The notes under the pieces: generated by a model | Database searches by the model: none | What the model was told of the DNA's origin: nothing | Seen by the model: the letters and a program-made list of their open reading frames with translations, nothing else | Position numbers and translations under genes: made by a program | Source: Coriobacteriia bacterium | GTDB taxonomy: Bacteria; Actinomycetota; Coriobacteriia; Anaerosomatales; JAENZW01 | Direction: 5' to 3' | Length of the DNA stretch: 35,377 nucleotides | Assembly (NCBI GenBank): GCA_029858605.1 | Contig: JAOUET010000002.1 | Coordinates: 1 to 35,377, forward strand | Shown: positions 8,674 to 15,525 of the stretch, piece after piece | Layout of the letters: the number at the start of each line of letters is the position of its first letter | Position numbering within the stretch: the stretch's first letter is position 1

Positions 8674-10248
8674 ATGGTGAGGGCGCGACCGGTTCTACCG
8701 CACGGGCACGGGGAGCTCCTTACGGACCCACCCTTCGACGAGTGGGCGGCGATAGCCGATGAGAATGCCGCACGCAGCTCGGCCTGGGACTTCACCGTGG
8801 GCGGCGTGTCTGCAGCGGAACTCCGTCAGCAGGCCCGGCGCGAAGCTGTGACCGGAGCCGAGGAGTTCTCTGCCCGACTCGGCGTGCCTACTCGTTCGGT
8901 TCCGGCGGAACCCGGACGCGTAGTGCTCACCGGGCACCAACCACAGCTCTATCATCCCGGAGTCTGGATAAAGAACTTCCTGCTCCAGCGTTTTGCCGAC
9001 GAGACGGGTGCTGCCGGAATCGATCTGGTAGTCGATTCGGACGCCTTCGAGTCGGTCTCACTCACGATGCCGTGTCTTGCTCCTGAGGTTCGCAGGTGCA
9101 GCGAACCGCTGGCGACCGGGGGACCCAATCGGTGCTTCGCGTGCACGGACTCACAGGACCGGGCCGCCGTCGAACGCTTCTGCTCGGTCGTCGACGGTCT
9201 TCTCGCGGGGCTGCCCGCACCTGCGCTTCGTCGTCATTTTGGCGAGTTCGGCACCGCATTGCTTTCGGCTGTCGAGGACGCTCGGAATCTTGGCGAACTC
9301 GTGACGTTTGCACGTCGCAGGTACGAGCGGGTCGCGGGGACCGACTACGCCGAGTTGCCCGTCACTCGCCTGGGCCGAACGGAGGCCTTCGCACGGTTCG
9401 TCTCGGATATCGTCGTGCGCGCCGAGGAGTTTGCCGCCTGCTACAACTCGGAGTTAGGGAGGTACCGGCGAGCGAATCGCATCCGGACCGCGGCACAGCC
9501 GTTCCCGGACCTGTCCGTTGAGAGCGCAGAGACCGAACTGCCGTTCTGGGCTATGGGCGCTACGAGCCGAGGCGCGCTGAGCGTCGCGCGGCATGGCGAC
9601 ACGGTAGTGCTGCTTTCCGACGGCGCGCCTCTGTTCGAGGTCCCGGCGCAAGCTGATGCTGTTGCCGACGCGCTGCACGACGCGAATGTGATGCTGGCAC
9701 CCAAAGCGCTGACGCTCACGCTGTTCGCGAGGCTCTTCGTTGCCGACCTGTTCATCCACGGGGTGGGCGGAGGTCGCTACGACCGCGTTACGGATGGCGT
9801 GATGCGCGACTTCTACGGAATCGAGGCTCCCCGCTACGTCGTCGCGTCGATGACGATGTACCTCCCGCTGGGAGGACACATCGTGACCGATGAGGAACTC
9901 GCCGAGGCGCGGCGGCGACTCCAGCGGCTCGAACACAACCCAGATTCGCTTCTGGGAGAAGTGGACTTCGAGACCACGGAGGATAGACGAGAGGCGTTCG
10001 AGCTTGCCGAAGAGAAGACACAGCTCGTCGCCGAGATCGCGGAAGCTCAGGCGGACAAGAAGAGACTCGGATCGCGGATACGAGAGGTGAACAGGCAACT
10101 CGCAGACTTGCTCGGCCCGCTCGCCGATCAGTTGAGCACAGATCTCGCAACGCTCGAGGCACAGAGAGCCGCTACGGAGATCCTGACCGACCGCGAGTAC
10201 CCGTTCTGCCTCTGGAGCCCTCTCGAGGTTGCCGACAAGGCGCGCTAG
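8674..10248 (+). CDS. Uncharacterised 524-aa protein with BshC-like motifs and a C-terminal coiled coil (putative cysteine-adding/ligase-like enzyme)
   Basis: The ATG at 8674 is 7 nt after the deacetylase stop. VLTGHQPQLYHPGVWIKN resembles the BshC GGQQxGLxxGPLYxxxK motif. APKALTLTLFARLFVADLFIHGVGGGRYD resembles BshC's RPLMQE...LAFIAGPGEINYW. The last ~110 aa are heptad-rich (EEKTQLVAEIAEAQADKKRLGSRIREVNRQLADLL), like the BshC coiled-coil tail. That this is a coding gene is near certain; the functional call is tentative. Confidence 0.55.
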   Translation: MVRARPVLPHGHGELLTDPPFDEWAAIADENAARSSAWDFTVGGVSAAELRQQARREAVTGAEEFSARLGVPTRSVPAEPGRVVLTGHQPQLYHPGVWIKNFLLQRFADETGAAGIDLVVDSDAFESVSLTMPCLAPEVRRCSEPLATGGPNRCFACTDSQDRAAVERFCSVVDGLLAGLPAPALRRHFGEFGTALLSAVEDARNLGELVTFARRRYERVAGTDYAELPVTRLGRTEAFARFVSDIVVRAEEFAACYNSELGRYRRANRIRTAAQPFPDLSVESAETELPFWAMGATSRGALSVARHGDTVVLLSDGAPLFEVPAQADAVADALHDANVMLAPKALTLTLFARLFVADLFIHGVGGGRYDRVTDGVMRDFYGIEAPRYVVASMTMYLPLGGHIVTDEELAEARRRLQRLEHNPDSLLGEVDFETTEDRREAFELAEEKTQLVAEIAEAQADKKRLGSRIREVNRQLADLLGPLADQLSTDLATLEAQRAATEILTDREYPFCLWSPLEVADKAR

Positions 10249-10319
10249 GCGTTGCCGTGATATCATTTCGCCACGCTTTGCCAGCGAATGCGTGTCCGTA
10301 GCTACGAAAGGATCGTGAG

Positions 10320-10496
10320 ATGTCCGTTCCCGTTGTTGACACGAACCTGTGTACCGCGTGCGGTATCTGCGTGGACGAGTGTCCGCAGGAGTGCTACGAC
10401 CTCGCGGACGTCGCCGTGCTCGCTCGCCCGGACGATTGCACCGAGTGTGGTATCTGCGTGGACGAGTGCTCGAGCGAGGCCATCTCGATGGACTAG
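10320..10496 (+). CDS. Clostridial-type 2x[4Fe-4S] ferredoxin (58 aa), not present in the supplied ORF track
   Basis: My translation: MSVPVVDTNLCTACGICVDECPQECYDLADVAVLARPDDCTECGICVDECSSEAISMD*. It has two CxxCxxCxxxC motifs. AAAGGA lies 7-8 nt upstream of the ATG. The listed ORFs 10288..10512(+) and 10302..10508(-) are off-frame shadows of it. Confidence 0.85.
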   Translation: MSVPVVDTNLCTACGICVDECPQECYDLADVAVLARPDDCTECGICVDECSSEAISMD

Positions 10497-10517
10497 GCGT
10501 CGATACAAGTAATGCCA

Positions 10518-10545
10518 AGCGGGGTCGGTTCTTGCCGGCCCCGCT
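10518..10545. terminator. Stem-loop between convergent ferredoxin (+) and plsY (-) genes (putative bidirectional terminator)
   Basis: AAGCGGGGTCGG / loop TTCTTG / CCGGCCCCGCTT-like arms, 11 bp including one G-T wobble. It lies 22 nt after the ferredoxin stop. Confidence 0.45.
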
Positions 10546-10601
10546 CGCGTTCCGGGTGCGTGAGATCGTCCCGCGCTAGACCGCTCGCAGTCAGCCCGAT
10601 C

Positions 10602-11363
10602 TCACCCCATAGGCCCCATAGCGTCTTCCACGTACATGCGAGGCTCTTCACCGCGCAGGAGGCCTACGAATCTGCGGTGATGGCGTGCGTAGACGAGCGC
10701 AGCCATGAGGATGGTGAACAGCACGTCGCGCTGCCCCGTCGCGATTGCGAAGACGGGCAGAGCGACGACCGCCGCGACCTGACCCGCCATCATGTAGCGG
10801 GTAACGGCGATAACGCCAAGGCCGACCGCAAGTACCACGAAGAAGTAGATCCAGTTGTACGCGAGCAGGGCTCCCGCACCCGTGGCGAGACCCTTTCCGC
10901 CGATGACTCGTCTCTTTGCGAGACTGAGCCAGAGCGAGTAGTTGTGACCCAGGACGCAGCCCAGCAACACCGTGGCCGGTCCGAAGATGGCTACGCCGGC
11001 GAGCGGCGAGATCTGCGGCTCCTGCATCCAGATCACGGCATCTATCAAGGACGGGTCGATCAACATTGGCGGGACGAGGACTGCAGCGAGCGTTGGCAGG
11101 AATCCCTTGAGCCCGTCGGCGAGCATGGCGATTGTGAACCAGAACCACGAACCGGTCGTGCGTCGCACGTTCATCGCGCCTACGTTGCCGGTTCCTCGAT
11201 CGGTAAGATCCGCCCCGGTGACCGCACGGGCGATGATGTAGGAGAACGGTATCGACCCGATGAAGTACGCGGCGATGAACAGCAGCGCGCACGGCAAGAG
11301 CATCTGTCCGGTCGCGGCAGGTCCCACGTGGTCCAGGGCTTCGATGAGCGTGGAGTACATCAC
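10602..11363 (-). CDS. plsY: Acyl-phosphate:glycerol-3-phosphate acyltransferase PlsY
   Basis: YFIGSIPFSYIIAR and GTGNVGAMNVRR (the PlsY GSGNxGATN motif), DGLKGFLP, multiple TM helices, and C-terminal HHRRFVGLLRGEE. Somewhat longer than typical PlsY proteins. Confidence 0.8.
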   Translation of the reverse strand: MMYSTLIEALDHVGPAATGQMLLPCALLFIAAYFIGSIPFSYIIARAVTGADLTDRGTGNVGAMNVRRTTGSWFWFTIAMLADGLKGFLPTLAAVLVPPMLIDPSLIDAVIWMQEPQISPLAGVAIFGPATVLLGCVLGHNYSLWLSLAKRRVIGGKGLATGAGALLAYNWIYFFVVLAVGLGVIAVTRYMMAGQVAAVVALPVFAIATGQRDVLFTILMAALVYARHHRRFVGLLRGEEPRMYVEDAMGPMG

Positions 11364-12268
11364 TCGCCTCCGGGGACTACGACTTCGAGGGCCTTTGGCA
11401 GGACTTGCACGTCATAGTGTGAATCGAGCAGGACCTCCCCGTCTATTTGTCCTTCGACCGGCTTCTCGGACCACAGACGCACGCGAGCGTGTCGCGATGT
11501 GTGAACGGGTCGCATGTTCTCGTGTTTGCCGAGGACGAGGAAGGGGAGGCGCCACAGGGCGCCCGGTAGGCTCAAGCGATCGAGATAGCAGACATCGAGC
11601 AAGCCGTCATCGGATATGGCGCGCGGTGTGATGAAGAAGCCGCCCCCGTAGGTAGGTCCGTTGGTCATGGCGATGAGGAGCATATCGAGGTCGACGGCAG
11701 GCTCGTCGTCGAACTGGATGCGAACGGGGTGCGAGTAGAACTGCCTGAAGAGCACGAAGAACAGCGCTCGCAGATAGAGGGGGAGTCCAGACCAGCCGGT
11801 ACGCACCTTCGTCTCGACGGCTTTCGCCGTGACGCGCGCGTCGAGACCGATGCCCATCGAGTTCGCGAAGTAGGCGCCGTTCGCGACTCCGACATCGACC
11901 TGTTTGCGCACGCCGCTGGCTATCTGGCGCACAGCCGTGGGAAGATCCGGGGACACTCCTAGCGTTCGGCGGTAGTCGTTCCCTGACCCCGTCGGAATCA
12001 GCGCGAGAGCCGGCCGGTCGTCTGCAGGGCGAGCCATGAGGCCGTTGAGTATCTCATGCACGGTCCCGTCGCCGCCGACCGCGATGACGCTGTCGTACCC
12101 CGTCGACTCCCGCGCCAGGTCGAGAGCGTGTCGCGGCGCGTCGGAGACGACCAGGTCGTAGTCGACGACACCGTCTAGGAGTTCGCGTATCGCCGGCAGC
12201 ATGCGCCCGGTAACCCCGTGTCTTGCCGCAGGGTTCACGACTGCCAGACTCTTGCCGAGGGAGGACAC
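11360..12268 (-). CDS. Diacylglycerol-kinase-family lipid kinase (YegS/DagK/BmrU type)
   Basis: AVVNPAARHG, the GGDGTVHEILNGL catalytic motif, and IPTGSGNDY. The stop overlaps the plsY start (ATGA-type overlap at 11360-11363). I prefer the GTG at 12268, which is preceded by GGAGGTGAGC. The ORF stays open up to 12322. Confidence 0.8.
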   Translation of the reverse strand: MSSLGKSLAVVNPAARHGVTGRMLPAIRELLDGVVDYDLVVSDAPRHALDLARESTGYDSVIAVGGDGTVHEILNGLMARPADDRPALALIPTGSGNDYRRTLGVSPDLPTAVRQIASGVRKQVDVGVANGAYFANSMGIGLDARVTAKAVETKVRTGWSGLPLYLRALFFVLFRQFYSHPVRIQFDDEPAVDLDMLLIAMTNGPTYGGGFFITPRAISDDGLLDVCYLDRLSLPGALWRLPFLVLGKHENMRPVHTSRHARVRLWSEKPVEGQIDGEVLLDSHYDVQVLPKALEVVVPGGE

Positions 12269-12369
12269 GCTCACCTCCGCGGTCGGATAGTGAATAGAGC
12301 ATACCGGAATCGGGTCCCGCACATCCTTGGTCGGCGGGTATCGGTGTGGTAGAGTGCGCCTGTCATCGT

Positions 12370-12445
12370 GCCCTCTTAGCTCAGTGGATAGAGCGTCTGC
12401 CTCCGGAGCAGAAGGTCGCAGGTTCGAATCCTGCAGGGGGCGCCA
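12370..12445 (+). tRNA. tRNA-Arg (anticodon CCG)
   Basis: 76-nt cloverleaf folded by hand. Acceptor GCCCTCT/AGGGGGC, D arm GCTC-AGTGGATA-GAGC, anticodon stem TCTGC/GCAGA with loop CTCCGGA, variable AGGTC, T arm GCAGG-TTCGAAT-CCTGC, discriminator G, encoded CCA. Confidence 0.95.
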
Positions 12446-12486
12446 ATCGACATGGATACTCGGGGCAAGTACCCCGCGAAGCCGAC

Positions 12487-12512
12487 AAGGCCGACCCTTC
12501 GGGGTCGGCCTT
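12487..12512. terminator. Strong stem-loop between tRNA-Arg (+) and the EF-G paralog (-); putative bidirectional terminator
   Basis: Perfect 11-bp stem AAGGCCGACCC / GGGTCGGCCTT around a TTCG tetraloop. Confidence 0.6.
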
Positions 12513-12546
12513 GCTGATGTGTCTCAGATATCCCTTCGGCGGGACG

Positions 12547-14610
12547 CTAGTCCTTCTCCTCCTTGGCAGCTTCGATGATCTTCTTTGCCAGGTCGCCCGG
12601 GACCTGCTCGTAGCTCTCGATAGAAATCGAGTATGAGCCGGTGCCGCTCGTGATGGACCGCAGGTGCGGGGAGTAGTGGACGACCTCCGCGTACGGTGCC
12701 TGCGCCTTGACCACTTGGACGCCGGGCTTTGGCGCGCCCATGCCGAGGATGCGGCCTCGAATAGACGAGATGTCGCCCATCACTGCGCCCGCGTAGTCGT
12801 CCGGTACGGTGATCTCGAGGGTAGCTATCGGTTCGAGGAGAACCATGTCGGCCTTTTCGGAAGCCGCCTTGAACGCTATGCGTGCAGCCGTCTTGAACGC
12901 GATCTCGGAAGAGTCGACGGAGTGATAGGAACCGTCATAGACGGTGACCTTCACGTCCACCATCGGGTATCCCGCGAGCACGCCGTGGGTGATGGTCTCT
13001 CGGACGCCCTTGTCCACGGCGGGAATGAACTGCCGAGGAATCCTGCCACCGACGATCTTGTCGACGAACTCGTAGCCGCCGCCAGGGTTCGGCTCGACGC
13101 GGAGCCAGCAGTCGCCGAACTGACCCGATCCGCCGGTCTGTTTCTTGTGGCGGCCTTGAGCCTCGGCCTTTCGGCGGATGGTCTCACGATACGGAATGCG
13201 CAACTCCTGCAGCTCGGCCTCAACGTGGAAGCGTTCGCGCAAACGCGAAAGCACCACATCGATCGCCGTGTCCCCGAGTCCGGTCAGCACGGTCTGATGC
13301 GTCTCCTCGTCGCGGGTCAGCAGGAGCGTGGGATCTTCGTCGACGATGCTCTTGAGCGCCGTGCCGAGTTTGTCCTCGTCGGCCTTGGTCTTCGCGAGGA
13401 TTGCGACGGGGTAGAGCGGCTCGGGAAACGGCACCGGAGTCAGCGCAACCTTACTGGAGGCGCTCAGCGTGTCACCAGTGTGCGTGTCGGCGAGCTTCGG
13501 TAGCACCGCGAGGTCGCCTGCGGGCACGGAGTCCACGTCGGTCGTCTCCTTGCCAACGATCTCGAGCACGTGGCCCAGGCGCTCCTTCTTTCCGGTGCGG
13601 GAGTTGTACAACTCGGAGTTGGGCGTAAGGGTCCCGGAGACGACCTTCACGAAGTTCAGTCGTCCGACATACGGATCGGACATCGTCTTGAAGACAAATG
13701 CGACGGTCTCACCTGAAGGTGTCACTTCCATCTCGCCGCCGCCGGCGATCGCCAGTGGCTGACGAGATGTCGGCTGCGGAAAGAAGGAGACTATCTCGTC
13801 GAGCAGGTCTTCTACCCCCTGGAGCGTGATTGCCGAACACACGAACACGGGGACGAAGATTCCCTGGGCGATGGCCTTGTCGAGGAGCGTCTCGAGTTCC
13901 TCCTGCGTGAGCCTTTCCCCTTCAAGGAGGTACTTCTCCATGAGTGCATCGTCGGCTTCCGCGACGAGTTCGGTGAGCTTCTCGCGAGCGGCTTCGGCTG
14001 CTTGCTGGAAGTCCTCGGGGATATCGGTGACCTGCTCCTTGTCACCCTCGTGGTGATAGGCCTTCATTCGGATGACGTCTATCACGCCCCGGAAGTCGGC
14101 TTCGTTGCCGAGCGGGATCTGGACCGCGCCGACACGGTGGCCGAACTTGGCCTGAAGCGCCGAGATAGCCGAATCGAAGCTAGCGTGTTCTTTGTCCAAC
14201 CTGTTGATGACGACGGCGCGGGCGATGCCGATGTCCTCGGCGACCTTCCAGAGGCGCTCGGTCTGGACCTGAGGGCCGGAGACTGCATCGACGACGAAGA
14301 GTGCCATTTCTGCGGCTTCGAGGCCGGCGACGGCTTCACCGGTGAAGTCGGCGTAGCCCGGGGTGTCGATGATGTTGACCTTGTAGCCCTTGTGAGTGAG
14401 GGGGGCCAGCGACAGGCTGAGGGTCATCTGGCGTTGAATCTCCTCGGAGTCGTAGTCGAGGTTGCTGTGACCTTCGTCTACGCTGCCGAGGCGTTTCGTT
14501 GCGCCGGCCAGATGCAGCATCGCTTCCGCGAGCGAGGTCTTGCCCGCACCGCCGTGGCCGACGAGAACGACGTTGCGGATCTTCTCAGTGCTTGGGGCTC
14601 CCAAGTGCAT
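12547..14610 (-). CDS. Elongation factor G paralog (EF-G2-like translational GTPase)
   Basis: G1 VGHGGAGKTS, G3 DTPGYADF and G4 INRLD, followed by EF-G domains II-V (for example HKKQTGGSGQFGD in domain IV/III context and SYHSVDSSE). The ATG at 14610 is preceded by GAGGAGGAG. The 33 codons upstream to 14709 are rejected as extension. Confidence 0.85.
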   Translation of the reverse strand: MHLGAPSTEKIRNVVLVGHGGAGKTSLAEAMLHLAGATKRLGSVDEGHSNLDYDSEEIQRQMTLSLSLAPLTHKGYKVNIIDTPGYADFTGEAVAGLEAAEMALFVVDAVSGPQVQTERLWKVAEDIGIARAVVINRLDKEHASFDSAISALQAKFGHRVGAVQIPLGNEADFRGVIDVIRMKAYHHEGDKEQVTDIPEDFQQAAEAAREKLTELVAEADDALMEKYLLEGERLTQEELETLLDKAIAQGIFVPVFVCSAITLQGVEDLLDEIVSFFPQPTSRQPLAIAGGGEMEVTPSGETVAFVFKTMSDPYVGRLNFVKVVSGTLTPNSELYNSRTGKKERLGHVLEIVGKETTDVDSVPAGDLAVLPKLADTHTGDTLSASSKVALTPVPFPEPLYPVAILAKTKADEDKLGTALKSIVDEDPTLLLTRDEETHQTVLTGLGDTAIDVVLSRLRERFHVEAELQELRIPYRETIRRKAEAQGRHKKQTGGSGQFGDCWLRVEPNPGGGYEFVDKIVGGRIPRQFIPAVDKGVRETITHGVLAGYPMVDVKVTVYDGSYHSVDSSEIAFKTAARIAFKAASEKADMVLLEPIATLEITVPDDYAGAVMGDISSIRGRILGMGAPKPGVQVVKAQAPYAEVVHYSPHLRSITSGTGSYSISIESYEQVPGDLAKKIIEAAKEEKD

Positions 14611-14629
14611 CTCCTCCTCGAATCTTCCA

Positions 14630-14657
14630 AGCGGGCGCGACCTGGGTCGCGCCCGCT
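14630..14657 (-). promoter_or_regulatory. Perfect 12-bp GC-rich inverted repeat in the 5' leader of the EF-G paralog
   Basis: AGCGGGCGCGAC-CTGG-GTCGCGCCCGCT. On the minus-strand mRNA it ends 19 nt upstream of the start codon, immediately 5' of the SD. No upstream gene on that strand needs a terminator here. Confidence 0.4.
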
Positions 14658-14689
14658 GCGGCGTGCGGCGTACCCCAGTAGCATACTCC

Positions 14690-14718
14690 TTATCACTCGC
14701 CAACAGCACTGGTAGAAT
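14690..14718 (+). promoter_or_regulatory. Sigma-70-like promoter candidate for the cyclophilin gene
   Basis: -35 TTATCA (14690-14695), a 17-nt spacer, and an extended -10 TGgTAGAAT (14710-14718). It lies ~68 nt upstream of the ATG at 14786. Confidence 0.4.
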
Positions 14719-14785
14719 GACCTACGGTTCGAGGGCATTTTGCGCAGGCCGATAACCATGCGTTCACGAGAGGACCCGAACGCCG

Positions 14786-15508
14786 ATGTCGACATCGAGG
14801 CTCCGAATGTGGACCACGATTCTCGTCTGCGTAGTGCTTGGAGCCACCAGTGTCGCATCGGTCGGGTGTTCGGAGAGCGGTAGCCGAAACGCGGCACAAG
14901 AGAGGACGGACGAAACGTCCCAAGAGGAACCGAAGGGGGAAGCCGTCATTCCAGGACAGCAACCGTTGTACACCGCGACCTACGTACCCAGCGGCAAGGA
15001 AATCGCCGTGCTCAAGACGTCGAAGGGAACTGTGAAGCTGAGGTTCTTCTCGGACGACGCGCCCAACCATTCGGCTTGCTTCATAGAACTCGCGCAGAAG
15101 GGCTACTACGACGGTGTGAAGTTCCACCGCGTCATTCCCGACTTCGTCGCTCAGGGAGGCGACCCACAGACGAAGGAGTTCGCTTCCGAAGAGGTCGCCG
15201 ATATCGTCGCCCGACAGTCTGCCGGTCAGTACGAGCCGGGCGAGCCCATGCTGGGGACGGGGGGTCCCGGCTATCGCATCGCCGCGGAGTTCAACGCTCG
15301 CCAGCATCTCGAGGGCACGTTGGCGATGGCGCGTTCGAGCGACCCCGACTCCGGTGGCTCGCAGTTCTACATCTGTCTCGCCCCGCAGCCGGCGCTCGAC
15401 GGAGACTACACGGTCTTCGGCGAGGTCGTTGAAGGTATGGACGTGGTCAAGGCGCTAGTGATAGGTGACGAGATCGAATCCATCACTATCGAGAAGGCGA
15501 TCAACTAG
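14786..15508 (+). CDS. Secreted (possibly lipoprotein) cyclophilin-type peptidyl-prolyl cis-trans isomerase
   Basis: N-terminal signal peptide MWTTILVCVVLGATSVASVGC, an imperfect lipobox. Cyclophilin motifs FHRVIPDFVAQGGDP and GTLAMARSSDPDSGGSQFYI. Confidence 0.9.
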   Translation: MSTSRLRMWTTILVCVVLGATSVASVGCSESGSRNAAQERTDETSQEEPKGEAVIPGQQPLYTATYVPSGKEIAVLKTSKGTVKLRFFSDDAPNHSACFIELAQKGYYDGVKFHRVIPDFVAQGGDPQTKEFASEEVADIVARQSAGQYEPGEPMLGTGGPGYRIAAEFNARQHLEGTLAMARSSDPDSGGSQFYICLAPQPALDGDYTVFGEVVEGMDVVKALVIGDEIESITIEKAIN

Positions 15509-15525
15509 CGGCTAGCGGAGGTAGC

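Noticed and set aside
9454-10518. Long antisense ORFs throughout the window, for example 9454..10518(-), 31416..32789(-), 19020..20057(-), 20021..21115(-), 10512..11417(+), 12664..13503(+), 21413..22222(-) and 7947..8795(-)
   Set aside because: They lie opposite genes with clear family motifs. They are Arg/Pro/Gly/Ser-rich with no recognisable motifs. Such ORFs are expected in GC-rich DNA, where stop codons are rare in non-coding frames.
12327-12636. ORFs 12327..12578(+) and 12346..12636(+) spanning the tRNA region
   Set aside because: They read straight through a textbook tRNA-Arg cloverleaf and a terminator hairpin, so they are spurious.
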